Shown here in pieces: positions 26,843 to 35,373 of a stretch of 64,000 nt of DNA. The notes beneath the pieces are model-generated. The model saw only the letters and a list, made by a program, of their open reading frames with translations, was not told the DNA's origin and searched no databases. The position numbers were made by a program, and so were the translations under genes. Position 1 is the stretch's first letter. Every line of letters begins with the position of its first letter. Source of the stretch: Bacteroidales bacterium (GTDB lineage Bacteria > Bacteroidota > Bacteroidia > Bacteroidales > UBA12481); the NCBI GenBank assembly GCA_041658425.1, contig JBBAAF010000001.1, forward strand, positions 26,793 through 90,792, written 5' to 3'.

Positions 26843-27267
26843 TAAACAAAAGTTTCCAGCTGTAGTTTTATTGTTGACGGACCCAGATTTCTAACCGTTT
26901 CCGTCATATGATTAACCAGCTCGGCAAATTGCTTGCCCTCGCTGGCGCTGATCCAGGCAAGCCTTACTCGGTCAGGTTCAATCCCCATTTGCATGATATA
27001 CTTTTCAATCAGTTTAAATCGCCTGAGGCACTTATAATTACCCTCATGGTAATGACAGTCTCCCGGGTGGCAACCACAAACCAGTACCCCATCTGCTCCC
27101 TCGAGAAAAGCTTTGAAAATAAAGGTAGGACAAACTCTTCCCGAGCACATAATCCTGATAATCCGTAGGTTGTGCGAATATTTCATGCGGCTGGTCCCTG
27201 CAAGATCTGCACCGGTATAGGAACACCAGTTGCATAGAAAAGCGACGATTTTTGGCTCGAATTCCAT
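26842..27267 (-). CDS. mvhD: MvhD/FlpD-like [2Fe-2S] subunit, module A
   Basis: [18 protein letters not shown] and [12 protein letters not shown] chose the start at 27267 (MEFEP...) by homology with the module B copy. The alternative ATG at 27279 would overlap hdrA. Confidence 0.88.
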   Translation of the reverse strand: MEFEPKIVAFLCNWCSYTGADLAGTSRMKYSHNLRIIRIMCSGRVCPTFIFKAFLEGADGVLVCGCHPGDCHYHEGNYKCLRRFKLIEKYIMQMGIEPDRVRLAWISASEGKQFAELVNHMTETVRNLGPSTIKLQLETFV

Positions 27268-27271
27268 AGTT

Positions 27272-28999
27272 TCAGACATCTAATAGTTGTAACATGACTC
27301 CTTCGATCTGTGCGAGAATCTGTTTCTCGGTGAAGTGACGGCTCCCAATGGCACCGGTAGGGCAGGCAGAGGCGCAGGTCCCGCAACCTTTGCAAATGAC
27401 TTCGTTGACGCTGCAGACTTTTTTCTCCTTGAGGTATTCAATGGCTCCGTAGGGACATACATGAACACAGGTTTGGCATCCGCAGCAAATCTCTTCGCGT
27501 ACGCTTGAGGTGATAACTTCCACCTCGATTGAGCCCTTATAGATCATGGCAAGAACTCTCGCTGCAGCCGCCTTGGCCTGGGATGCCGAATCGCTGATCT
27601 CTTTCGGTGCCTGGCAACTTCCTACGATAAATACACCGTCCGTTGTAGTGGCTACAGGATCCAGCTTAGGGTGTTTCTCGATGTAAAAATTATTGCTACA
27701 CCGGCTGATCCCGAGAACCTGGCTTAACTGCTTGGATGTTTCCTGGGCCTCCATTCCAACCATCAGGATCACCAGATCAGCAGGAACCTCAACTTGCTCT
27801 CCGCTAAGCAATTCCTTCATTTCGATGACGAGTCTGGTCTTTTCGTTTTTGCCGGCCTCATGGATATAGGGAAGTTTACCCTTTTGGTCGTACATCAGGA
27901 ACATCACGCCTCTTTTGGCAGTTTTTGAATACATCTCTTCACAACCCTTGCTCATCGACCGCATATCAGCATAAATCTGATAAACATGAGCTTTAGGCAG
28001 CAAATCCTTTATCTGGTTTGCAAATTTCAAAGCTGTCTGGCAACATGTTCTTGAACAATATGGCAGAAAATCAGGATTTCTGCTGCCAACGCAATGAATT
28101 ATAGCAACATGTTTGGGCTCTTGCCGTGAGTCCAGCCTGATATAACCGTGTCTGAGCATTTCCTCAAATTCCACGCTTGTTATAATATTAGGCAGCCTCT
28201 GATAGGCATAGTTTGAAAGCGGGACGGGCTTAAATGGTTTTAAGCCTGTGGCCACAATGATATTGCCAAATTCGAGCTCGGATTGAGTCTCTCTGTGATT
28301 GACCGTTCCGATGAAATTGCCTACATATCCGGACAGTTTTACCAACTGGGAATTCAGGTAAACCTGGATATGCGGATGAGAAGAGACTTCTTCAATGATC
28401 GGATTCAAATACTTTGAGGCCTCATCAAGGTTGGGAAAAGTCCGGTTTATCTTTTTCATCATTCCTCCCAGGCTTTTTTCTTTCTCAACCAAAAAAACGA
28501 TACGACCGGTTCGTGCAATCTCCCGTGCTGCTGTCAATCCGGCTATTCCTCCTCCGATAACCAGAGTAGCCGGATTCACTTTAACGCTACGTTTGTTTAA
28601 AGCTTCCTGCCAACGGACACGCTTGACCGCTCCTGTAACCAGGTCTATCGCTTTCAGGGTAGCTTTTTCGCGATCATCATGAACCCACGATACCTGTTCC
28701 CTGATATTAGCCATCTGAAACAGGTAAGGATTTAGTCCGGCTTTCTCAAGAGCCTTCCTGAAGGTCATTTCATGGATCCGGGGAGAACAGGCGGCTACTA
28801 CGATACGGTTGAGATTCATCTCCTGTATATCTTTGACCATAAGGTCCTGGCCCGGATCGGAACACATATATTTATAATCCCGTGCAACCACAACGCCTTG
28901 CAATTTGCCGGCCTCAGCAGCTACTCTTTCGACGTCTACATTCTTGGCTATATTTGTACCACACCAGCAGATGTATACCCCGATTCTGATTTCTTCCAT
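27272..28999 (-). CDS. hdrA: HdrA-like flavoprotein, type 1, module A
   Basis: [38 protein letters not shown]-terminal [12 protein letters not shown] and [12 protein letters not shown]. It is about 60% identical to 15489-17234 by eye (64 of the first 100 residues). Confidence 0.85.
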   Translation of the reverse strand: MEEIRIGVYICWCGTNIAKNVDVERVAAEAGKLQGVVVARDYKYMCSDPGQDLMVKDIQEMNLNRIVVAACSPRIHEMTFRKALEKAGLNPYLFQMANIREQVSWVHDDREKATLKAIDLVTGAVKRVRWQEALNKRSVKVNPATLVIGGGIAGLTAAREIARTGRIVFLVEKEKSLGGMMKKINRTFPNLDEASKYLNPIIEEVSSHPHIQVYLNSQLVKLSGYVGNFIGTVNHRETQSELEFGNIIVATGLKPFKPVPLSNYAYQRLPNIITSVEFEEMLRHGYIRLDSRQEPKHVAIIHCVGSRNPDFLPYCSRTCCQTALKFANQIKDLLPKAHVYQIYADMRSMSKGCEEMYSKTAKRGVMFLMYDQKGKLPYIHEAGKNEKTRLVIEMKELLSGEQVEVPADLVILMVGMEAQETSKQLSQVLGISRCSNNFYIEKHPKLDPVATTTDGVFIVGSCQAPKEISDSASQAKAAAARVLAMIYKGSIEVEVITSSVREEICCGCQTCVHVCPYGAIEYLKEKKVCSVNEVICKGCGTCASACPTGAIGSRHFTEKQILAQIEGVMLQLLDV

Positions 29000-29010
29000 A
29001 GCGTTAGAAC

Positions 29011-30201
29011 CTAAATAGCAGGCGTTAATTCAACAATAGACTGACGATTCTGACCTGCCCGTCTGAGACGGTCAAAATAGACAGCGAAGGGCCGGTAAGC
29101 CAGATGCGACCATTTTGAGAAGGGAACCTCGATCACGATCATCGGAACCAGAAAGGCGAGATGGATAAGATAGGTAAAATACGTTGCGGCCGGCAAACCT
29201 GACAACCGGAAAATATGAATCAGAATGCCTGTGACCGCAGTAAAAAACAGAAGAACGATAAACATCCAGTCGGACGGATGCGAAAATTGCATCTTAAGAT
29301 CGGTTTTCCTGATCCTGCCGATAAAGGTGTATATCAGGAAGAACAATATTCCAAAAGTGGAATAGTAACCCAATAAACGCTGCCAGTGGTACCAGGGTTT
29401 GATCTCCTCGATCTGGAACTCCTTCAGGAAAGCCACAATCAGGGTGAACATGATGGTATAGCCTGTCATAACCAGCAGGTGGCCAATCCAATAGGTCCTG
29501 TTATCGCATTTTGAGAACCTGGCCTGGGTTACAAAATTGTATATCAGGCTCCAGAATTCCGTGAAATAAGAATAAAAGGGAACTTTCAGGTTCCTATCTG
29601 AAAGGATCACCCGGTAAAACATGTGAAAGATATTGCTGATCAGTAATCCGGCCACAAGGATTGCCATCAGGAGATCCCCGTATTCGATGAGCTGGACGAA
29701 CCGGGATCCGGAAATCCCGTCGGCAAGGCTGTTTATCATGACCCCGCCCTGTTCATTAACAAAAGCCTCCGGTTTAGAAAAGAGGAGCGTTGACGGGGGG
29801 AGAAAGACCAGAAACGAAATAATAACACCAAGCGCTATTAAAATTATGGCTGCCAGCTCCCAGATCTTTCGTGTATAAAACAACCTGGATATGCCCGTCC
29901 AGTCATAACAGGAAGTCAGATACCGGCGTAAAACCATCATTAATTCGCCCGGATTGGCATTACGCGGGCAGGTTTCGGTGCATTCGCCGCAATAGTAGCA
30001 GAGCCACGGATCGACACTGGAAACCAATGGCTTTTTAAGTCCCATCTGAGCCAATCTGATTCCTCTCCGAGGAAAAAGATTATCATCCTTTGTGAGAGGA
30101 CAGATCGCCGTACAGTTACCGCAATGGAAGCATTCATTCCATTCACGGAGTCCATATTTGTGTAGTTCCTGCTTGAATTCCGGATCGACTCTGGATATCA
30201 T
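29011..30201 (-). CDS. HdrC-like::NarI-like membrane fusion (QmoC-like), module A
   Basis: CFHCGNCTAICP and CYYCGECTETCP, about 6 TM helices, and PFSKWSHLAYRP at the C-terminus. Confidence 0.8.
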   Translation of the reverse strand: MISRVDPEFKQELHKYGLREWNECFHCGNCTAICPLTKDDNLFPRRGIRLAQMGLKKPLVSSVDPWLCYYCGECTETCPRNANPGELMMVLRRYLTSCYDWTGISRLFYTRKIWELAAIILIALGVIISFLVFLPPSTLLFSKPEAFVNEQGGVMINSLADGISGSRFVQLIEYGDLLMAILVAGLLISNIFHMFYRVILSDRNLKVPFYSYFTEFWSLIYNFVTQARFSKCDNRTYWIGHLLVMTGYTIMFTLIVAFLKEFQIEEIKPWYHWQRLLGYYSTFGILFFLIYTFIGRIRKTDLKMQFSHPSDWMFIVLLFFTAVTGILIHIFRLSGLPAATYFTYLIHLAFLVPMIVIEVPFSKWSHLAYRPFAVYFDRLRRAGQNRQSIVELTPAI

Positions 30202-30207
30202 GTCTTT

Positions 30208-31971
30208 TTAATTTATCATATAGGTTAACGGAAATACCTCTGAATCTGTAAGCCTGTCGCTCATAATGCTTTGCAGCACACCGGCAGCAGCCGCCGAAGC
30301 CTGAACCACCGAATCCGGAATATCTTTTGGACCCTGGCAAACACCTGCGATCCAGATACCCGGCCGGTTGGTCATTACAGGATCAATCTCATACCGGACT
30401 GCTTTAAACCAGCCGTATTCATCCACGTCAATTCCCAGAATACCTGATAGTTTCTTCTGGTCATCTGCTGGTTCCAGGCCTACGGATAAGATAATCATAT
30501 CCATATCCTGTTCGAGCATCCTGCCGGCAAGAATATCTTCCGTTCTCAGGTGGAGATGTCCGTCAATTTGCTCCACACGTGCAGTTTTACCCCGAATCAT
30601 GCGGACGCCTTCATCCTGAATCCGGCAATAAAACTCCTCATACCCCTTGCCAAAGGCCCTCATATCTATGAAGTATTCAAATATCTCGGCCGATGGAAGC
30701 TTTTCCCTTACCAGGTGTGCCAGCTTCAGCGAGTACATGCAGCAAACCTTTGAACAGTATGGATTGAAATTCTCGTCGCGGCTTCCCACACAATGGATTA
30801 TTCCAATCTTCTGAGGCTTACCGCTGTCATTTACAAATACAGGATTCCCCTTTTTATCAGTCGTCCTGAAAGTGATCTCACCGCCGGTTGGGCCAGCAGC
30901 ATTGATCAATCGTTCGAACTCAAGAGAAGTCAAGACGTTCGGGTATTTTCCGTATCCAAAGCGGTCAATCCGTGAAGCCTTGAAGGCCTTGAAGCCATTG
31001 GCAACAATAATGTTTCCTGCTTCTATCTCAATCTCACGTGGTACTTCATACAGATTGATACAGCCGGCAACCGGGCAAACTTTGACGCAAACTCCGCATT
31101 TCCCCTCCTGTATAAACCTGCAGGCTTCACCATCAATCATATACTTATTGGGAACTGCCTGTGGGAATGGCATATAGATAGCTTTCCTCAGGGTTATTCC
31201 CTCATCAAATTCACTGGGAACCTGAACCGGACATTTTTCGGAACAGGTCCCGCAACCGATACAGGAATTAACTTCAACCCATCGCGGCGACTGCCTGACT
31301 GCAACCTTATAATGTCCCGGTTTCCCATTGACAGCAACAACCTCTGAACGGGTCATGAGTTCAATAAAAGGATGCTGACCCACTTCAACCATTTTGGGAG
31401 TAAGAATGCAGGCGGCACAATCAAGGGTCGGAAAAGTTTTGTCGAACTTGGCCATATGACCGCCTATCGTCCCGGATTTCTCTATCAGGTAAACTTTCAG
31501 ACCAGCATTGGCAATCTCCAGGGAAGCCTGAATTCCTGAGATTCCTGCGCCGATGACAATGGTATCCTGGTGAACATGGGAAGACTGATTTCTTTTACCC
31601 ATAACCTGGGAATGAGCCCGCTCAAGCAACTCATATACATCCTGGATCCGGCTTTCATAAACGCACCATATATCGCCAAAATCTGCAATAACAACTGATT
31701 CAGCATGATAACCGAGATGTGTCATTGCCGTACGAACTATGTGTGTGAACCTTTCCGGCCTGATTCCGGCAAGAATCACTGAAGTTAACCGGTGATGCTT
31801 GATTGTTTCCGTTAAAACATGGAAATCAGAGAAAAGGTATCTTGACTGATCGATGATAACCGGTATCTTAAGGTTATCTCTGACAAAAGCGATCAGATCT
31901 GACAAATCTACCGGCGTGTACCCGGATGGGGGCTCGCAGAAGATTATTCCGATTCGATCATACTTGCTCAT
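30208..31971 (-). CDS. hdrA: HdrA-like flavoprotein, type 2, module A
   Basis: GAGISGIQASLE, FDKTFPTLDCAACILTPKM, CIGCGTCSEKCP...CGVCVKVCP, HCVGSRDENFNPYCSKVCC. The N-terminal ~130 aa are barely similar to the module B paralog. Confidence 0.85.
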   Translation of the reverse strand: MSKYDRIGIIFCEPPSGYTPVDLSDLIAFVRDNLKIPVIIDQSRYLFSDFHVLTETIKHHRLTSVILAGIRPERFTHIVRTAMTHLGYHAESVVIADFGDIWCVYESRIQDVYELLERAHSQVMGKRNQSSHVHQDTIVIGAGISGIQASLEIANAGLKVYLIEKSGTIGGHMAKFDKTFPTLDCAACILTPKMVEVGQHPFIELMTRSEVVAVNGKPGHYKVAVRQSPRWVEVNSCIGCGTCSEKCPVQVPSEFDEGITLRKAIYMPFPQAVPNKYMIDGEACRFIQEGKCGVCVKVCPVAGCINLYEVPREIEIEAGNIIVANGFKAFKASRIDRFGYGKYPNVLTSLEFERLINAAGPTGGEITFRTTDKKGNPVFVNDSGKPQKIGIIHCVGSRDENFNPYCSKVCCMYSLKLAHLVREKLPSAEIFEYFIDMRAFGKGYEEFYCRIQDEGVRMIRGKTARVEQIDGHLHLRTEDILAGRMLEQDMDMIILSVGLEPADDQKKLSGILGIDVDEYGWFKAVRYEIDPVMTNRPGIWIAGVCQGPKDIPDSVVQASAAAAGVLQSIMSDRLTDSEVFPLTYMIN

Positions 31972-32021
31972 GGTTTGTAAGGATTATGAATTCTATTGCG
32001 CATCGAAAGAATCACCTTTTT

Positions 32022-32039
32022 TTGTGAAAAACTGATCAA
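32022..32039. promoter_or_regulatory. Candidate Rex operator upstream of module A hdrA
   Basis: TTGTGAA-aaac-TGATCAA compared with the Rex consensus TTGTGAA-N4-TTCACAA. The left half is perfect and the right half matches 4 of 7. It lies about 50 nt upstream of the ATG at 31971 (minus strand). Confidence 0.4.
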
Positions 32040-32212
32040 TATCTAACTATCTCGTTACAATCTCATTAGATAAGTTACAATTTTTTATATGATAATTAAC
32101 TATGACAATTATCATGTTTTTTATATCACATTAATTATCTTATCTTTATAAATGGATAAAAAGTCTATTTCTTCTAAAGGCATTAAAGTGGAATTACGGT
32201 ATCGTTTCGTTA

Positions 32213-32230
32213 TTGTGAAATTCATAACAA
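32213..32230. promoter_or_regulatory. Candidate Rex operator immediately upstream of rex (autoregulation)
   Basis: TTGTGAA-attc-ATAACAA. The left half is perfect and the right half matches 5 of 7. It ends 4 nt before the rex ATG. Confidence 0.45.
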
Positions 32231-32234
32231 AAAA

Positions 32235-32870
32235 ATGTCCAATAAGAACCATATTAAGAGATTGCTCCTATACCGCTTATGCCTTCTAAGATTTAAGGAA
32301 CTTGGGTTTAAAAAGGTATTTTCGCATAACCTGGGGAACGAGGCAGGTGTCAGTGCCGAACAGGTTCGTAAAGACTTCTCCCAGTGCGAAATATCCGGCA
32401 ATAAAAAAGCAGGTTATAACATTGAATCTCTGCTGATCACGCTCAATGAGAAGTTTGTATTGAGCGAGGTTCGCAATATTATCCTCATTGGCATTGGCAA
32501 CATGGGAAGAGCTATTGCCAACTATAACCATCATTATATAGGAACCAATGTTTATATAGTTGCAGCTTTCGATATCGATCCGTCAAAACAAAATCAGAAA
32601 TCTGGAATACCCGTATTTTCATTGGACAAACTTTCAGCCGTTATTCAAGGATTTAAGGTTAACACCGCAATTATTTCCACACCTGCCATCTCAGCACAAA
32701 ACGTTTGTAATCAACTGGTTGATAACGGAATTAAGGGTATATTGAACCTGGCGCCAGTAATATTAAAAGCCCCCAGAGACGTCATTATCAGTAATGTAAA
32801 CCTTAGCGCAGAGATTGAAGCTATTATCTATGATTTGAATAGAAAAAAAGATGGATTGGATGTTGATTAA
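32235..32870 (+). CDS. rex: Redox-sensing transcriptional repressor Rex
   Basis: N-terminal winged helix (RLLLYRLCL...VSAEQVRKDFS), then a Rossmann fold with ILIGIGNMGRAIANY, and AIISTPAISAQNV...GIKGILNLAP. Confidence 0.9.
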   Translation: MSNKNHIKRLLLYRLCLLRFKELGFKKVFSHNLGNEAGVSAEQVRKDFSQCEISGNKKAGYNIESLLITLNEKFVLSEVRNIILIGIGNMGRAIANYNHHYIGTNVYIVAAFDIDPSKQNQKSGIPVFSLDKLSAVIQGFKVNTAIISTPAISAQNVCNQLVDNGIKGILNLAPVILKAPRDVIISNVNLSAEIEAIIYDLNRKKDGLDVD

Positions 32871-32882
32871 ATCCGATTGAAA

Positions 32883-35189
32883 ATGAACAGGGACCGATCA
32901 TCGTTTCAGATTCATGTTCACGGGATGGTACAGGGCGTAGGGTTCCGGCCATTTGTCTACCGATTGGCACGGGAATTAAACCTGGATGGTTCCGTTGAGA
33001 ACCGAAATGACGGTGTCTGGATCAATTTATTCTGTACGCGGGAAGGACTGGATATTTTCATCAGTTTACTGAAACGACAGGCACCACCTCCATCAACGAT
33101 CCTGTCCGTTGAAGTTATTCACCAGGCAATGAATAATGCTCAGTCAGGCTTTCGGATACTGGCAAGTCAAAATGGCTCCGATGAAATTACCGGTATTTGT
33201 CCGGATATCGCTGTGTGCGAGAAATGTCTGGAAGACATGAAAAACCATCCGCGCCGGATAAGCTATCCTTTCGTGAACTGCACACATTGCGGGCCCCGGT
33301 TCAGTATTATCCGGGAGCTACCATGGGACCGGCCCAACACATCAATGTCAGGGTTCAGCATGTGTGACGGCTGCAGAGCTGAGTACACCGATATGCTCGA
33401 CCGTCGCTTTCATGCTCAACCGATCGCTTGTACGATATGTGGGCCGGTTTACTATCAGAAAGGCTTTCAACCGGGCGCTGAATTATGGGCGGATATGGTT
33501 GGACAGATCATTCAGGCTTTACTCACCGGCCGGATCGGAGCTATTCAGGGTATCGGAGGATACCACCTGGTTTGCGATGCCACAAATGCTTTGGCTGTGG
33601 CCGAACTTCGCAAAAGAAAGCACCGTGACGGTAAGCCTTTTGCGGTAATGTTCATGGGTATTGAGGAAATTCGACAATATTGTGAATGCTCGGAAGCAGA
33701 GGAAAAACTAATAACCTCATGGCAACGTCCCATTGTTATCCTGAAAGAGCATAAATGCTTAAATTCCCTGGTCAACAAGGGTTTAGGGAGCCTCGGGGTT
33801 ATGCTCCCGTATACTCCACTGCAACACCAGCTCATGACCGAAGGGAAATTCCAGGCATTAATCTGTACCAGTGGAAATCTTTCCGATGAACCCATCGTCA
33901 TTACACCGGAGGCAGCTGAAGATAAGTTAAAAGATATTGCTGACTTTTTTATACATAGCAACAGACCCATCATTAACCGGACAGATGATTCTGTTGCACG
34001 ATTAGCCGGAGAAAATACGATTCTTATCCGGAGATCCCGTAGCTATGTTCCCACGGCAATACAGATTAGTCTGTCTGTGGATGGTATTCTTGCTCTCGGC
34101 GCAGAACAGAAAAACACATTTTGCCTGGGGAAGAATCGTGAGGCCATTCTAAGTCAGCATATCGGGGATCTGAAAAACTTTGACACCTTTCAATTTATGG
34201 AGGAGTCCCTGGCCAGATTTAAGAAGATATACCGTTTCAATCCGACTCTGATAGTCACCGACCAACACCCCGATTATCTTTCAACGCAATTTGGCAATTC
34301 CCTCGGTATCCCGGTCATAGCAGTGCAGCACCATCACGCGCACATCGCCTCATGCATGGCGGAGCATCAATTGGATGAACCGGTGATCGGAGTTGCTTTT
34401 GACGGCACCGGACTTGGAACCGACCAAACCATCTGGGGCGGGGAGTTTCTGATCGCCACACTCGATCAATTCACCCGGTTTACCTGGCTGGACCCCGTGA
34501 AGGTCCCCGGCGGTGATCAGGCAGTAAGAGAACCCTGGAGAGTCGCGATAGCTTACCTTTATAAATGTTACGGGGAAAATATTCCATTTGAATCTTTCAC
34601 TGGACTTCAAGGTATACCTGAGATTCAGCGAAATCAAATCATCAGCCTATTAAAGTCAGACGTTCCTGTTCCAGTCTCCTCTGCTGCAGGCCGGCTCTTT
34701 GATGCAATCTCAACCCTGACCGGTTGCTGCATTGAGAACACCTTCGATGCCGAGGCACCCATAAGACTGGAGATGGTTGCTAATCAGCTGGAAACAGGTG
34801 AATATCCTTTTCAGCATGATCACACTATTTCCTTTACTTCTACTATAGAAGCCATCCGGGTCGATCTTGAAAATCATGTTCCCGTATCCGTGATTTCTGC
34901 CAGATTTCACAGAACCCTGGCAAGAGCCATCCTGGAAACCTGTCTCCAGGCAAGGGAACTGACCAGGCTTAAGAGTGTGGTTCTGTCGGGAGGAACTTTT
35001 CAAAATGCATTTCTCACCCGGATTACATGTTCAGCCTTATTAAAGAACAAATTTAACGTATATACCCACCGCGTAGTTCCACCCAATGATGGCGGAATCT
35101 CCCTGGGTCAATTGGTTGTTGCAGCAAAAAAACAGATTAAAAAAAATGTGTCTAAGCATCCCGGCCGAAGTTCTATCCACCAACAGTAA
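32883..35189 (+). CDS. hypF: Carbamoyltransferase HypF
   Basis: Acylphosphatase domain (HVHGMVQGVGFRPF), two Zn-finger CxxC pairs (CEKC...CTHCGPRF; CDGC...CTICGP), and YrdC and Kae1-like domains. The ATG is at 32883 (the track start is a TTG). Confidence 0.95.
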   Translation: MNRDRSSFQIHVHGMVQGVGFRPFVYRLARELNLDGSVENRNDGVWINLFCTREGLDIFISLLKRQAPPPSTILSVEVIHQAMNNAQSGFRILASQNGSDEITGICPDIAVCEKCLEDMKNHPRRISYPFVNCTHCGPRFSIIRELPWDRPNTSMSGFSMCDGCRAEYTDMLDRRFHAQPIACTICGPVYYQKGFQPGAELWADMVGQIIQALLTGRIGAIQGIGGYHLVCDATNALAVAELRKRKHRDGKPFAVMFMGIEEIRQYCECSEAEEKLITSWQRPIVILKEHKCLNSLVNKGLGSLGVMLPYTPLQHQLMTEGKFQALICTSGNLSDEPIVITPEAAEDKLKDIADFFIHSNRPIINRTDDSVARLAGENTILIRRSRSYVPTAIQISLSVDGILALGAEQKNTFCLGKNREAILSQHIGDLKNFDTFQFMEESLARFKKIYRFNPTLIVTDQHPDYLSTQFGNSLGIPVIAVQHHHAHIASCMAEHQLDEPVIGVAFDGTGLGTDQTIWGGEFLIATLDQFTRFTWLDPVKVPGGDQAVREPWRVAIAYLYKCYGENIPFESFTGLQGIPEIQRNQIISLLKSDVPVPVSSAAGRLFDAISTLTGCCIENTFDAEAPIRLEMVANQLETGEYPFQHDHTISFTSTIEAIRVDLENHVPVSVISARFHRTLARAILETCLQARELTRLKSVVLSGGTFQNAFLTRITCSALLKNKFNVYTHRVVPPNDGGISLGQLVVAAKKQIKKNVSKHPGRSSIHQQ

Positions 35190-35373
35190 TATGGCCATTG
35201 TGCAAATAGGTGGGCTAATGATCCAGGCGTCTCTCGATCTGGTTGAGGATATCCGCGTAGGCGATTATGTCCTGATCCATACCGGATTTATTATTCAGAA
35301 GATTTCAATGGAGGAGGCAGAGGAAACTAAAAGACTCATCCGTGAGATTGAAAACCTTAATGATGCTCCATGA
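35146..35373 (+). CDS. hypC: Hydrogenase assembly chaperone HypC/HupF
   Basis: The N-terminus MCLSIPAEV has the invariant Cys2. About 75 aa. It overlaps the hypF 3' end. Confidence 0.9.
   Translation: MCLSIPAEVLSTNSNMAIVQIGGLMIQASLDLVEDIRVGDYVLIHTGFIIQKISMEEAEETKRLIREIENLNDAP

Noticed and set aside
15489-31971. Selenocysteine (in-frame TGA) in the HdrA, MvhD or MvhA homologs, as occurs in some Deltaproteobacteria and methanogens
   Set aside because: All twelve ORFs are uninterrupted, and the motif positions hold Cys residues. I noticed no in-frame TGA or SECIS-like hairpin.
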